64,000 bases of DNA from contig WFTQ01000065.1 in NCBI GenBank assembly GCA_015485355.1, forward strand, positions 17,391-81,390. The letters are read 5' to 3'. Below, piece by piece: positions 38,445 through 49,500 of this stretch. The notes under the pieces were generated by a model. It was not told the DNA's origin. It saw only the letters and a list, made by a program, of their open reading frames with translations, and ran no database searches. A program made the position numbers and the translations under genes. This DNA is from a bacterium (GTDB lineage Bacteria > Calditrichota > Calditrichia > RBG-13-44-9 > J042). How positions within the stretch are numbered: the stretch's first letter is position 1; each line of letters begins with the position of its first letter.

Positions 38445-39701
38445 TTATTTCAAACGGAAAAAGTCCTCCCGTACTTGCCGGAGCAACGGCAATAATTGAT
38501 ACTGATAAATATTGTCCCAGACATATTCTTTAATCACCTTTCGAAAGAAGCGACGGGTGGGAAGGCGAGAGATAAATTTCAGGATTTTATCGGCGATTTC
38601 GGCGGGGGTATCCTCCAGTTCAAAAAAACATACATCTCTTCCACCGATTTCCCGAAACGGGGGGATGTTGGAGCAAACGATGGGCAATTTAATCATTCCC
38701 GATTCCAGCAAAGGGATGCCGAAACCCTCCTGAAAGCTGGGCATGAATAAAATGTCGGAGATCAAATAGAGGTCCCGGATGATGATCCGATCCGGGGTCA
38801 AAGGCTGGCCGCTTCGAAACTTATATTCCGCCATAATGAGCACATCGGAGGAAATTTTCAGTTCCCGCGCCAGGGCCATGAGCTGTTTGTAATAGGTAAC
38901 CGTTTTGGGCTCGTGAGGATCATAGGCCCCGGTGACCAGCAAACGGGCCTGAAGCCCCCGGTCCTGTAACGCCCGGGTGACCCGGATGGACAGTTCGATG
39001 TTCTTTCGGGGATGGAGTCGGGAAGGCTGCACCATCAAAAAATCCCCTTCAAACAACCGTTGCTCCTGGATAATGCGCACGGTGGCGGGATCCAGGCGAA
39101 AAAATTGAATGGGATCGATGCCGTTGGGTATTACATAAATGTGATGCCGGGAACCGTAGAGCCGGGTGAACTGTTTTTTGCGGCTGTCGGAAATGACCAC
39201 ATAATAAATTTTGGCATGCGAGCGTTTCAGAATGTTCCAAGGAGAAGTATCCAGGAAGCGGGGATAATCCTCATAAAAAAAGGGTGAATCATGGTTCCAG
39301 CTGATGATGGGAAGTTGATCGTCCTGCGCCAGCCGGAAGATGGCATAGGTGAGTGGCAGGTTGTAGCGCATCGTCAGAACATTGTGGGCGATGAGCACAT
39401 CAAAATTGGCCAGGGCGTCGGATAGATAACGGTATACTTTGTGCGCTAATCTTTCTAAGGGTTCAAGATGACCCTCCAGAACCGTTTCGTGAGCCTTGAT
39501 GACCTGTTTATTGCGCGAGCCGAGTAAAGGGTTGATCTCCACCCGATAATGCGGGCTGAATTGGTCCCCGGCTCCGGCAAAGACTTTCACCTTATGATAA
39601 TATCGATGAAACAGGTTGGCCTGTTGCCGGATCACTTCTTCCACACCACCCACCACCGGAGGACAGGAGTAATGCAAAAGGGCGATGTTCAGTTGATCCA
39701 C
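38445..39701 (-). CDS. Glycosyltransferase family 4
   Basis: HYSCPPVVGGVE, PSRLHPRKNIE, PSFQEGFGIPLLE. Confidence 0.9.
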   Translation of the reverse strand: MDQLNIALLHYSCPPVVGGVEEVIRQQANLFHRYYHKVKVFAGAGDQFSPHYRVEINPLLGSRNKQVIKAHETVLEGHLEPLERLAHKVYRYLSDALANFDVLIAHNVLTMRYNLPLTYAIFRLAQDDQLPIISWNHDSPFFYEDYPRFLDTSPWNILKRSHAKIYYVVISDSRKKQFTRLYGSRHHIYVIPNGIDPIQFFRLDPATVRIIQEQRLFEGDFLMVQPSRLHPRKNIELSIRVTRALQDRGLQARLLVTGAYDPHEPKTVTYYKQLMALARELKISSDVLIMAEYKFRSGQPLTPDRIIIRDLYLISDILFMPSFQEGFGIPLLESGMIKLPIVCSNIPPFREIGGRDVCFFELEDTPAEIADKILKFISRLPTRRFFRKVIKEYVWDNIYQYQLLPLLRQVREDFFRLK

Positions 39702-39704
39702 GCT

Positions 39705-41009
39705 TCACACTCCCTGAAAATATTCTAACTCCCGAATCAGGTGCAACAACTTGCGTTCCAGTACCTCGTAGGAAAAATATTTCAATGCCAGTTGATAATT
39801 TTTTTCCACCATTTGCCGGCGTCGCTCGGGATTATGAAGCACCTGGCAAATGATGTCGATGGTATCTTGAGTAACAAAACCATCGATAGGAATGACATCA
39901 AAACCTTTGGGTTCAATATCGGCCACATAGATGGAATAGCGATTGACGACGATAGGCTTTTTGTAATAAATGGCTTCCAGAAAGGCATTGCCGAATCCTT
40001 CGTACCCGGATGGATAAGTGACCAGATCTGCACACTGGTATACATCCCCTATGGTGTAGATGTTCTCGCCGGTGAGGGTCGTGGCCCGGTGGGGGCCGAT
40101 CAGGTGATCGATGGTGGCGATTTTGACACCCAGATTCCGGGCGTATTCCATCACGCGGTGGTAGTAGGCGTCGCCCTCATCGCCGGTGGCGTGAGAAATG
40201 ACCAGAGTCGGGTTTTTTAACTTCATCAGGTATACGATTTCCACCGCCCGTTCGATCCACTTTCGGGGCACGACCCGTGTCGGTTGCAAAATGAACCAAT
40301 CGCCCTCCTTCAGCCCGATAATGGTGCGGAGTTCCCTGCAATGGCTGTTTTCCGGCGGTGGGGGCGAGGCAAAGTCGTACACATTCGGGATCAGGGTATT
40401 GGATATGCCCTTCCGGTGGCTCAATTGTTCGCTGGCCAGGGAATTGATGACCACATGACGAATGGAAGGCAAGTACGGGGGAAAAGATCGGTCGAGGTAA
40501 TCCATTACCGAATTGACCAGAAAGCGATTCCGCTCCCAGTAAAAATCGTGGTGATGGGCAATGGTGGGAATTCCCGTTTCCGCGATAAACTCTGTGATGG
40601 CCAGGCCCAGGGGGATGTTCATGGGAATGGCCAGGGCGTTTTCGGGGATAATCAGGTCAATGCCAAACCCATCCACAAACTCGTAAATCTTTTGTTTTAA
40701 ATAATCTTTGATCCCCTGAATCAGTTCACTGATTTCCCGGGGACGGAGGTGAAAACCGAAGGAAAACTCATTGATCTTCTGAATTTCCGGATGTTCGAAA
40801 TGGGCCTCTTCCACAATATGAGATTTCTCTGCGGGACGGTCACACAGTCCCGCCATATAGTAACAATCGTAATGGTTCCGTTCCAGCACGGCGGCCCACT
40901 TTTCGATTTCTAAGGAAACCCCATCGGTGCCGGCAATGCGGGTGGAAATAAATCCGATGCGCTTGAAACGGGTGCGCCTTTTCTTGCGCTTGGCCGTTGT
41001 TGCTGGCAT
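39705..41009 (-). CDS. Glycosyltransferase family 4, mannosylglucosylglycerate synthase-like
   Basis: RIAGTDGVSLE, AHHHDFYWER, QPTRVVPRK, YPSGYEGFGNAFLE. Confidence 0.85.
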   Translation of the reverse strand: MPATTAKRKKRRTRFKRIGFISTRIAGTDGVSLEIEKWAAVLERNHYDCYYMAGLCDRPAEKSHIVEEAHFEHPEIQKINEFSFGFHLRPREISELIQGIKDYLKQKIYEFVDGFGIDLIIPENALAIPMNIPLGLAITEFIAETGIPTIAHHHDFYWERNRFLVNSVMDYLDRSFPPYLPSIRHVVINSLASEQLSHRKGISNTLIPNVYDFASPPPPENSHCRELRTIIGLKEGDWFILQPTRVVPRKWIERAVEIVYLMKLKNPTLVISHATGDEGDAYYHRVMEYARNLGVKIATIDHLIGPHRATTLTGENIYTIGDVYQCADLVTYPSGYEGFGNAFLEAIYYKKPIVVNRYSIYVADIEPKGFDVIPIDGFVTQDTIDIICQVLHNPERRRQMVEKNYQLALKYFSYEVLERKLLHLIRELEYFQGV

Positions 41010-41036
41010 TGTCCACCTTTAGGTTTGATGGCAAGT

Positions 41037-41243
41037 TCAGGGAAACAAACGTACGTTTACCGCCCGATCACCTTTCATCTCCCGCCGCAGGTCAAAACCC
41101 ACTTTCAGCCCCTCCCGGATGGGCACATGGCGCGATTTGGGATGGATGTCTCGAACCGAAAAATAGATTTCCTCATCCTCTTCGGTCACAATAAATCCAA
41201 ATCCTTTAAAAGGGTCGAACATTTTGATGATACCGTATTGCAT
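41037..41243 (-). CDS. Cold-shock domain protein
   Basis: GIIKMFDPFKGFGFI, EIYF, KGDRAVNV. Confidence 0.88.
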   Translation of the reverse strand: MQYGIIKMFDPFKGFGFIVTEEDEEIYFSVRDIHPKSRHVPIREGLKVGFDLRREMKGDRAVNVRLFP

Positions 41244-41270
41244 GGGCGCGTTTCCTATTTTTAGTGGTAT

Positions 41271-41300
41271 AAGTTATGAAAAGAAAAAGGATGAATTCAA
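41271..41300 (-). promoter_or_regulatory. Putative promoter of csp-GT4-GT4 unit
   Basis: TTGAAT-N18-TAACTT on minus strand. Confidence 0.4.
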
Positions 41301-41537
41301 AGATAAAATCACAATTTCGCGGGAAAGGTTGGGGATTGGGGTTCGGCAGAGCCCCGGTGTTTCTGCCGTCGGGGGGCGAAAATGAGAAAATTATTGCAAT
41401 GGCCGGTGGATATTTTAAATTGGCCAGGTTTTGAATCCGGGAGCGGCGGCCGCCGGGCCGGGAACAAAACGCAAAGATAAAAGGTTTTCTGGGTGACTTT
41501 GTGAGGCGGGGCAAGGGATGTGAAAAAATTTTTTATG

Positions 41538-41565
41538 TTGCATAGAGATATAAAATTCATAAATT
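41538..41565 (+). promoter_or_regulatory. Putative promoter of tRNA-tuf operon
   Basis: TTGCAT-N16-TAAATT preceded by an AT-rich UP-like tract. Confidence 0.5.
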
Positions 41566-41586
41566 ATAAGGCTTAAAAACTACAGG

Positions 41587-41659
41587 GCTGGCGTAGCTCA
41601 ACAGGTAGAGCAGCTGATTTGTAATCAGCCGGTTGGGGGTTCGAGTCCCTTCGCCAGCT
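41587..41659 (+). tRNA. tRNA-Thr(TGT)
   Basis: GCTGGCG/CGCCAGC acceptor stem, CTGAT-TTGTAA anticodon arm, TTCGAG T-loop. Confidence 0.97.
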
Positions 41660-41672
41660 CTTGAGGAAGCTT

Positions 41673-41755
41673 GGGGAGGTAGCGAAGCGGTCAAACGCAC
41701 CAGACTGTAAATCTGGCGGCTGATGCCTTCGGAGGTTCGAATCCTCCCCTCCCCA
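41673..41755 (+). tRNA. tRNA-Tyr(GTA)
   Basis: GGGGAGG/CCTCCCC acceptor stem, CTGTAAA loop, long variable arm. Confidence 0.97.
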
Positions 41756-41834
41756 CAATAGCTCGACCAAGGAATGGCTGTGCCAACGACTGGGTGATCG
41801 AGCGAGGGGTTGGGGGTGGTCTGCTATGACATAG

Positions 41835-41910
41835 GCGGGAGTAACTCAGCTGGTAGAGTCACGGCCTTCCAAGCCGTTGGTCGCGGGTTCGAGTCCCGTC
41901 TCCCGCTCCA
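41835..41910 (+). tRNA. tRNA-Gly(TCC)
   Basis: GCGGGAG/CTCCCGC acceptor stem, CTTCCAA loop, encoded CCA. Confidence 0.97.
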
Positions 41911-41954
41911 GAGGCAGAGGCCGGAAGGGATCCCGGCTTCTGCCTATTGTATAA

Positions 41955-42027
41955 GCCCACGTAGCTCAGTCGGTAGAGCACATCCTTGGTAAGGATGAGG
42001 TCACCGGTTCAAATCCGGTCGTGGGCT
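41955..42027 (+). tRNA. tRNA-Thr(GGT)
   Basis: GCCCACG/CGTGGGC acceptor stem, TTGGTAA loop. Confidence 0.97.
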
Positions 42028-42100
42028 CTTTTTTATTGGGTTTGGCAAGGGCGTTTTAAGAAAAGTTTGGTTTAAATCTTAAATTTTTGGAGGAAATCCG

Positions 42101-43291
42101 ATGGCGAAGGCAAAATTTGAAAGAACAAAGCCCCACGTCAATGTGGGTACAATCGGTCATGTGGACCATGGCAAGACCACTCTGACGGCGGCCATTACCA
42201 AGTATCTGGCCCGCAAAGGTCTGGCGCAGGAACGCGAATTTGATGACATCGATAACGCGCCGGAAGAACGCGAACGTGGGATCACCATTGCCACCGCCCA
42301 CGTGGAATACGAAACCGATAAGCGCCATTACGCCCATGTGGATTGTCCCGGTCATGCCGACTATGTGAAGAATATGATCACCGGTGCGGCCCAGATGGAT
42401 GGCGCCATCCTGGTCGTGAGTGCCGCCGATGGGCCCATGCCGCAGACTCGAGAGCACATCCTGTTGGCCCGTCAGGTGAACGTCCCTTACATCATTGTAT
42501 TTTTGAATAAAGTGGATCAGGTCGATGATCCGGAATTGCTGGATCTGGTGGAGCTGGAAGTGCGGGAGTTGCTGAGCAGCTACGAGTTTCCGGGTGATGA
42601 CGTGCCGGTGATCCGCGGGAGTGCCCTGAAGGCCTTGCAAAATCCCGACGACCCCGAAGCCACCCAGTGCATCCAGGAATTGGTCGATGCCCTGGATGAG
42701 TACATCCCCGTTCCCGAACGCGATGTGGATAAACCCTTCCTTATGCCCGTGGAAGACGTCTTTAGCATTACCGGACGGGGTACCGTGGGTACCGGACGCA
42801 TCGAGCGGGGGCGCGTCAAAGTGGGCGATGAGGTGGAGATTGTGGGGCTGGGAGCCCATCGGAAGACCGTGGTGACCGGTATCGAAATGTTTCGCAAGAT
42901 TTTGGATGAAGGGATTGCCGGCGACAATGTGGGACTGTTGTTGCGCGGGGTGGAAAAAGACGAATTGGAGCGGGGTATGGTGGTGTCGGCACCCGGTTCC
43001 ATCACGCCGCACACGCGTTTTAAGGCCAATGTCTACGTGTTGAAGAAAGAGGAAGGTGGACGGCATACGCCTTTCTTCAGCGGTTATCGACCGCAATTCT
43101 ACTTCCGTACGACCGATGTAACCGGCGAAATCAAGTTGCCCGAAGGCGTGGAAATGGTGATGCCGGGCGATAACATCGTGATGGAAGTGAACCTCTTGAA
43201 GCCCATCGCTCTGGAGAAGGAATTGCGTTTTGCTATCCGCGAAGGGGGTCGCACGGTGGGTGCCGGGGTGGTGACCGAGATTCTCGAATAG
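42101..43291 (+). CDS. tuf: Elongation factor Tu
   Basis: [25 protein letters not shown]. Confidence 0.99.
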   Translation: MAKAKFERTKPHVNVGTIGHVDHGKTTLTAAITKYLARKGLAQEREFDDIDNAPEERERGITIATAHVEYETDKRHYAHVDCPGHADYVKNMITGAAQMDGAILVVSAADGPMPQTREHILLARQVNVPYIIVFLNKVDQVDDPELLDLVELEVRELLSSYEFPGDDVPVIRGSALKALQNPDDPEATQCIQELVDALDEYIPVPERDVDKPFLMPVEDVFSITGRGTVGTGRIERGRVKVGDEVEIVGLGAHRKTVVTGIEMFRKILDEGIAGDNVGLLLRGVEKDELERGMVVSAPGSITPHTRFKANVYVLKKEEGGRHTPFFSGYRPQFYFRTTDVTGEIKLPEGVEMVMPGDNIVMEVNLLKPIALEKELRFAIREGGRTVGAGVVTEILE

Positions 43292-43334
43292 CCAACGGGT
43301 TGGATGAAGTGGACAAAATAGATGGGACGGTAAA

Positions 43335-43484
43335 GTGCGCGAGATAATAACGCTGGAATGTACGGTGTGTAAACAAAGAAATTATACCACGACCAAGAAC
43401 AAGCGAAAGCATCCGGAGCGGGTGGAGTACAAGAAATATTGCAAATTTTGCAATAAGCATACGATACATAAGGAAACGAGATAA
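43335..43484 (+). CDS. rpmG: 50S ribosomal protein L33 (Zn-binding type)
   Basis: GTG start; [49 protein letters not shown]; below ORF-track cutoff. Confidence 0.96.
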   Translation: MREIITLECTVCKQRNYTTTKNKRKHPERVEYKKYCKFCNKHTIHKETR

Positions 43485-43499
43485 CTCGTTAATTGGGTT

Positions 43500-43573
43500 A
43501 GGCCTGTAGCTCAATTGGCTAGAGCACCGGTCTCCAAAACCGGGGGTTGGGGGTTCGAGTCCCTCCAGGCCTG
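43500..43573 (+). tRNA. tRNA-Trp(CCA)
   Basis: AGGCCTG/CAGGCCT acceptor stem, CTCCAAA loop. Confidence 0.97.
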
Positions 43574-43618
43574 CTCCCAATTAATGAGTTTTTTAATGTC
43601 AAAACGCCGAGTAGAGTT

Positions 43619-43801
43619 ATGTTGAAAAAGGCCAAAGATTTTATCGAAGATGTGCAGACGGAAATGAAAAAAGTGAGCTGGCCGGAAACCAATCAGCTGC
43701 TCAACTCCACCATCGTCGTGATCGTGATTTCCATATTGTTTACTCTGTACATCTTTTTTGTGGACCAAATTGTGACGTTTTTGATCAAATATCTATACTG
43801 A
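43619..43801 (+). CDS. secE: Preprotein translocase subunit SecE
   Basis: EMKKVSWP motif plus one TM; conserved position. Confidence 0.95.
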   Translation: MLKKAKDFIEDVQTEMKKVSWPETNQLLNSTIVVIVISILFTLYIFFVDQIVTFLIKYLY

Positions 43802-43815
43802 TAAGGAAAACATCC

Positions 43816-44352
43816 GTGGAAAAAAAGTGGTACACATTGCGTGTGATGTCCGGGCAGGAGAACAAGGTCAAAGCCCATCTGGAAAACAATATCGAACTGC
43901 GGGGAATGCAGGAGCATTTTGGGCGAATCATTGTGCCTTCGCAACCGGTGCTGGAGATGCGCAATGGGAAAAAGCGCGTGAAAAACAAGGTGTTTTTTCC
44001 GGGCTATATTTTGATCGAGATGGATTACGACACCCGAACGGCCATGTTGGGGCAGGAGACACCGGGCGTCATCGGTTTTGTGGGGCCCAAAAACAATCCT
44101 CAGGAGGTGCGTCCGGAGGAAGTGGAAGCGGTTTTACGGAAGGTGGAGCGCGAAGAGGCCACCGTGGAGAAAGTGGAAGTCCCCTTCAAAGTCGGGGATA
44201 CCATTCGGGTGGTGGACGGCCCCTTTGCCGACTTTACCGGCGTGGTTGAAGAAATCAATGAAGAGAAAAAGAAGGTGAAGGTGTTGGTCAGCATCTTTGG
44301 TCGGCCGACACCGGTGGAACTGGATTTTCTACAGGTTGAACTGGAAAAATAA
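43816..44352 (+). CDS. nusG: Transcription factor NusG
   Basis: SGQENKV, FFPGYILI, KOW DGPF, IFGRPTPVEL. Confidence 0.98.
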   Translation: MEKKWYTLRVMSGQENKVKAHLENNIELRGMQEHFGRIIVPSQPVLEMRNGKKRVKNKVFFPGYILIEMDYDTRTAMLGQETPGVIGFVGPKNNPQEVRPEEVEAVLRKVEREEATVEKVEVPFKVGDTIRVVDGPFADFTGVVEEINEEKKKVKVLVSIFGRPTPVELDFLQVELEK

Positions 44353-44368
44353 ACGATAGGTATTTCCC

Positions 44369-44797
44369 ATGGCCAAAAAAGTGTTAGGTTACATCAAATT
44401 GCAGATACCTGCGGGTCAGGCGAACCCGTCTCCGCCTGTAGGCCCGGCGTTGGGGCAACACGGGGTGAATATTATGGAATTCTGTAAGGCGTTTAATGCG
44501 CGTACCCAGGATAAAATGGGCTATATCATCCCGGTGATCATTACGGTGTACGCCGATCGCTCGTTCACTTTTATTACCAAAACCCCCCCGGCGTCCACTC
44601 TGTTGTTGAAAGCGGCGGGCATCGAGAAAGGCTCCGGGGAACCCAATCGAAATAAAGTAGGTAAAGTGACCCGGACACAGGTGGAGGAGATTGCCCGAAG
44701 CAAAATGCCCGACCTGAACGCCGGCGATATCCAGGCCGCCATGCGCATCATAGAAGGTACGGCTCGGAGTATGGGGATTGAAGTGGTTGAATCATAG
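44369..44797 (+). CDS. rplK: 50S ribosomal protein L11
   Basis: [15 protein letters not shown]. Confidence 0.99.
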   Translation: MAKKVLGYIKLQIPAGQANPSPPVGPALGQHGVNIMEFCKAFNARTQDKMGYIIPVIITVYADRSFTFITKTPPASTLLLKAAGIEKGSGEPNRNKVGKVTRTQVEEIARSKMPDLNAGDIQAAMRIIEGTARSMGIEVVES

Positions 44798-44822
44798 AAA
44801 AATTTTTGAAGCGAGGCCATCT

Positions 44823-45521
44823 ATGAAAAAGCGAAGTAAAAGATACCGCGAAATTGCCCGACTGATTGAAAAACGCGAATACACATTGGACGAAGCCATC
44901 GGTTTGCTGAAAAAGACCGCTTCGGCGAAGTTCGACGAAACGGTGGAGATTGCTGTGCGTCTGGGTGTCGACCCTCGGCATGCCGATCAGGTGGTGCGGG
45001 GAACGGTGTCGTTGCCTCATGGGCTGGGTAAGGAAGTGCGTGTGTTGGTGATTGCGAAGGGCGATAAGGCCCGGGAAGCCGAAGAAGCCGGAGCCGATTA
45101 TGTGGGCTACGAGGACTATATGGAAAAAATTCAACAGGGATGGTTGGATTTCGACGTGGTGATCGCCACCCCCGATGCCATGAAAGACCTGGCCAAGCTG
45201 GGGCGCATCCTGGGCCCCCGGGGGTTGATGCCCAGCCCTAAAAGCGGTACCGTTACCTTCGATGTGGGCAAAACGGTGAAAGAAGTCAAGGCCGGGAAAA
45301 TCGATTTCCGGGTGGATAAGACCGGCATTGTGCACACCGGCGTGGGGAAAGTCTCTTTCGAGCCGGAAAAACTGAAGGAAAATATCAAAACCCTGGTGCA
45401 GACCATCATTCGTTTGAAACCCCCTTCGGCAAAGGGAACCTATTTGAGAAGCATTTATCTGTCCAACACCATGGGGCCGGGGATCAAACTGGTAACCAAT
45501 CCCCAGGAGTATCAGGATTAA
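44823..45521 (+). CDS. rplA: 50S ribosomal protein L1
   Basis: [18 protein letters not shown]; ATG 44823. Confidence 0.98.
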   Translation: MKKRSKRYREIARLIEKREYTLDEAIGLLKKTASAKFDETVEIAVRLGVDPRHADQVVRGTVSLPHGLGKEVRVLVIAKGDKAREAEEAGADYVGYEDYMEKIQQGWLDFDVVIATPDAMKDLAKLGRILGPRGLMPSPKSGTVTFDVGKTVKEVKAGKIDFRVDKTGIVHTGVGKVSFEPEKLKENIKTLVQTIIRLKPPSAKGTYLRSIYLSNTMGPGIKLVTNPQEYQD

Positions 45522-45545
45522 TTGAAAAGACCGAGGTAGCAAACG

Positions 45546-46064
45546 ATGCCGACACCACAGAAGGAACAGATCGTTAAGGAGATGACCGACAAGTTTTCCC
45601 AGGCGCAAAGCATCATTCTGGCGGATTTTACGGGTATCGATGTGAATACCCTGACCGCGCTGCGCAAGCGCTTCCGAGAAGCGAACGTCGAATACCGGGT
45701 GGTCAAGAATACACTGGCCCGTCTTTCGGTGCGCCATGCGGGGATCGAAGGATTGGAGGAGTACCTGGTAGGCGTCAATTCTTATGCCATCAGCTACGAC
45801 GATCCCACCAAACCGATTAAAGTCGTCGAAGAGTTTAAGAAAGAACTGGACGATAAGTTCAAGATCAAGGCCGCCTATTTTGAAGGAAGGATCATCGGAC
45901 CGGATCGGGTTGCCGAACTGGCGACATTGCCCAGCCGGGAGGAGTTGCTGGCTCAGTTTGTGGGGCTGTTGAATTCGCCCATGGGCAAGTTGGTCGCCAC
46001 CCTTCAGGGGGCGATGGTCAAATTCGTCGGCGTTTTAAAAGCGCTGGAAGAAAGCAAACAATAA
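45546..46064 (+). CDS. rplJ: 50S ribosomal protein L10
   Basis: VVKNTL, LATLPSREELLA. Confidence 0.97.
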   Translation: MPTPQKEQIVKEMTDKFSQAQSIILADFTGIDVNTLTALRKRFREANVEYRVVKNTLARLSVRHAGIEGLEEYLVGVNSYAISYDDPTKPIKVVEEFKKELDDKFKIKAAYFEGRIIGPDRVAELATLPSREELLAQFVGLLNSPMGKLVATLQGAMVKFVGVLKALEESKQ

Positions 46065-46106
46065 TCCATCGTTAATCAAGTTACTATAATTGGAGGTATT
46101 GGCAAA

Positions 46107-46499
46107 ATGGCTGATATTACCCGTGAAGATGTGATTGCATATTTAGAAAAGGCCACCATGCTGGAGATTTCGGAGCTGATTAAGGAGATTGAAGAGAAGT
46201 TTGGGGTCACCGCAGCGGCCCCGGTGGCTGTGCCCGTCGGCGGTGCCGTTGCAGGAGCGGGGGCCGCGGAAGCCGCCGCAGAAGAAAAGACCGAGTTCGA
46301 TGTGGTTCTCAAAGACATCGGTTCCCAGAAAATCCAGGTGATTAAGGTGGTTCGCGCCATCACCAATCTGGGCCTCAAAGAAGCCAAAGAGCTGGTGGAA
46401 AGTGCACCCAAAGCCGTAAAAGAAGGTGTGTCCAAAGCCGAAGCCGAGGAGCTCAAAAAGCAGCTGGAAGAGGTCGGGGCGACCGTGGAAATCAAATAA
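46107..46499 (+). CDS. rplL: 50S ribosomal protein L7/L12
   Basis: [28 protein letters not shown]. Confidence 0.99.
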   Translation: MADITREDVIAYLEKATMLEISELIKEIEEKFGVTAAAPVAVPVGGAVAGAGAAEAAAEEKTEFDVVLKDIGSQKIQVIKVVRAITNLGLKEAKELVESAPKAVKEGVSKAEAEELKKQLEEVGATVEIK

Positions 46500-46529
46500 A
46501 AATTTCGTACCCCAAATCATTAAAAAGAG

Positions 46530-49500
46530 GTGGTTCCTTTGATGGACAACAGCTTGATTAAGCGAAAATCGTTTTCCAAGATTCCCACGATCATTGAATA
46601 TCCCAACCTGCTGGATATTCAATTGAAATCGTTTGCGGAATTTTTACAGGAGGATAAGGCCCCGGCGGAGCGCGAGGACAAGGGGTTGCAGGCGGTGTTT
46701 CTGAATATCTTTCCGATCGTGGACAGCCGGGAGAACTTTATCCTGGATTTTGTCGAGTATTACATCGATAAGCCCAAATATTCCGTCCAGGAATGCCGGG
46801 AGCGGGGGTTGACATATGCGGTGCCTTTAAAAGCCAAACTGCGGCTTTCCATCAAGGATCCCACGGGTGAGACGGACGAGTACACCGAAACCATCGAACA
46901 GGATGTTTATTTGGGAAACATCCCCTATATGACGGAACGGGGAACTTTTGTGATCAACGGTGCCGAACGGGTGATCGTTAACCAGTTGCACCGGGCTCCC
47001 GGGGTGTTTTTCGATGAGAGCATCCATCCCAATGGTACCAAGATCTTTTCCGCCCGGATCATTCCCTTCCGGGGAAGCTGGGTGGAGTTTATGACCGATG
47101 TGAATGATAATTTGCATGTGTACATCGACCGGAAGAAAAAATTCTATGTGACGACGTTTCTGAGGGCTTTGGGTTTTAAAACCGATCAGGAGATTCTGCA
47201 GCTGTTCGATTTGGTCGACGAGGTGGAATTGCTCAAAACCGATACCCTTTCCCTGGTTGGGCGAAAAACGGTTGAGGATGTCGTGGATGAAAAGACCGGG
47301 GAGGTGCTGGTTGAAGCGGGCACGGTCTTGGACGAGGATGTGATCGAAGCGTTGAAAAACAAAAAGGTCCACACCATCAAACTGGTGCAGGTGAACGATC
47401 CCTCCATGCCCAATATCGTGTTGAATACCCTGGAAAAGGATCCGGCCAAGACCGAGGAAGCGGCCCTCCGAACCATATATGAGCTGCTACGCTCCGGTGA
47501 ACCCCCGGATATGGACACCGCCCGGGACTTGTTAAAAAAGATGTTTTTCAATCCCAAACGCTATGAGCTGGGTGCGGTGGGACGCTATCGATTGAATAAG
47601 AAGCTGGGTCTGGATATCGATTACGAAACCACGGTGTTGACGACGCAGGATTTTGTGGAGATTATCCGTTACCTGATTGAACTGCGCGAAGGCAGGCGCA
47701 CCACCGACGATATTGACCATCTGGGCAATCGGCGGGTGCGAACGGTTGGGGAACAGCTGGCCGCCCAGTTTAATCTGGGCTTAACCCGCATGGCGCGCAC
47801 GATCAAAGAACGGATGAACTTGGGCGATGCGGAAACGCTGACCCCTCAGGAGCTGGTCAATGCCCGGGCCATCACCTCGGTCATCAATACCTTTTTTGGT
47901 ACCTCGCAGCTGTCGCAGTTTATGGATCAGACCAATCCGCTGTCGGAGCTGACCCATAAGCGGCGAATGAGTGCCCTGGGACCGGGAGGATTGACCCGCG
48001 AACGCGCCGGTTTCGAGGTGCGCGATATTCATTATACCCATTATGGGCGCCTATGTCCCATCGAAACGCCCGAAGGACCAAACATCGGGCTCATCTCCTC
48101 GCTAAGTGTGCTGGGTCGAGTGAACGACTTCGGGTTTATCGAAACCCCATACCGCAAAGTGAAAGATGCGAAAGTGACCGATGAAATCGAATTTCTTTCT
48201 GCGGACGATGAAGAACGCGCCGTGATCGCCCAGTTTAACGCACCGGTGGACCCCCAAAGCGGTAAGTTCACCCGCAATCTGGTCAAGGTGCGGAAGCGAG
48301 GCGATTTTCTGGTTGTGCCCCCCGAAGAAGTCCAATATATCGATGTGGCCTCTAATCAGATTCTATCGGCTTCGGCCTCCTTGATACCGTTTGTGGAACA
48401 TGACGACGCCAACCGGGCCCTGATGGGATCCAATATGCAACGGCAGGCTGTGCCGCTCATCCGCACCGAAGCACCGGTTGTGGGTACCGGGATGGAAGCC
48501 AAGGTGGCGCGAGATTCCGGTGCTTTACTGGTGTCCGACGTGGATGGGGTGGTGGAAAAGGTGGATGCGGAACGCATTGTCATCCGCGTCAATCCGGATA
48601 CGATCGATGATCCTCGTCAAATTCTAACCGGCGAGGCCCAACGGGTGGAATATCGATTGCTCAAGTTTGTGCGCACCAACCAAAACACCTGCATCAATCA
48701 GCGCCCCTTGGTAAACCAGGGGGATGCGGTCAAAAAGGGGCAGGTGTTGGCGGATGGCCCCGCCACCGATCGGGGAGAGCTGGCGCTGGGGAAAAACATC
48801 CTGGTGGCTTTTATGCCCTGGAATGGATACAACTTCGAAGATGCCATTGTGATATCAGAACGCATTGCCCGGGACGATGTCTATACGTCAATTCATATTG
48901 AGGAGTTTGAAATTCAGGTGCGGGATACCAAACGCGGCGAAGAGGAACTCACCCGGGAAATCCCCAACGTCAGCGAGGAAGCGACGAAGAATCTGGATGA
49001 AAATGGCATCATTCGGATCGGGGCCGAGGTCAAAGCCGGGGACATCCTGGTGGGCAAGGTAACCCCCAAAGGCGAGACCGAACCGACACCGGAAGAGAAA
49101 CTGTTGAAGGCGATCTTCGGCAGTAAAGCGGGAGATGTAAAAGATGCGTCCCTAAAATTGCCTGCCGGTATGCAGGGCATTGTCATTGATGCCAAACTTT
49201 TTTCACGGAAGAAGAAAGATCCCCGCACCAAAAAAGAAGACAAAAAGAAGATTGAGCAACTGGAAAAAGAGGCCGAAGAAAAGATCATCGCGATTCAAAA
49301 ACGGTTGCGGAAGTATCTGTACGACAAATTCAAGGATATACCGACCAAAGGAATCAAGACCAAACTGGACAAATATCTGGTCAAACCGGGTGACAAGATC
49401 ACGGCCAAGACTTTCGAAAAAGTGGAAATTGATCTCATCGATTACCTGGAAGCCTGGTTTGATGACGACGAAAAGAACGACAAGGTTCGGAAGCTGTTTT

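Noticed and set aside
41912-41945. Strong hairpin between tRNA-Gly and tRNA-Thr
   Set aside because: Ordinary tRNA spacer structure with no U-tract and no second copy seen
42056-43096. 346-aa minus-strand ORF
   Set aside because: Antisense shadow of tuf
47890-48000. Rifampicin-resistance substitutions in RpoB cluster I
   Set aside because: Key Q, D, H and S positions in [26 protein letters not shown] appear wild type
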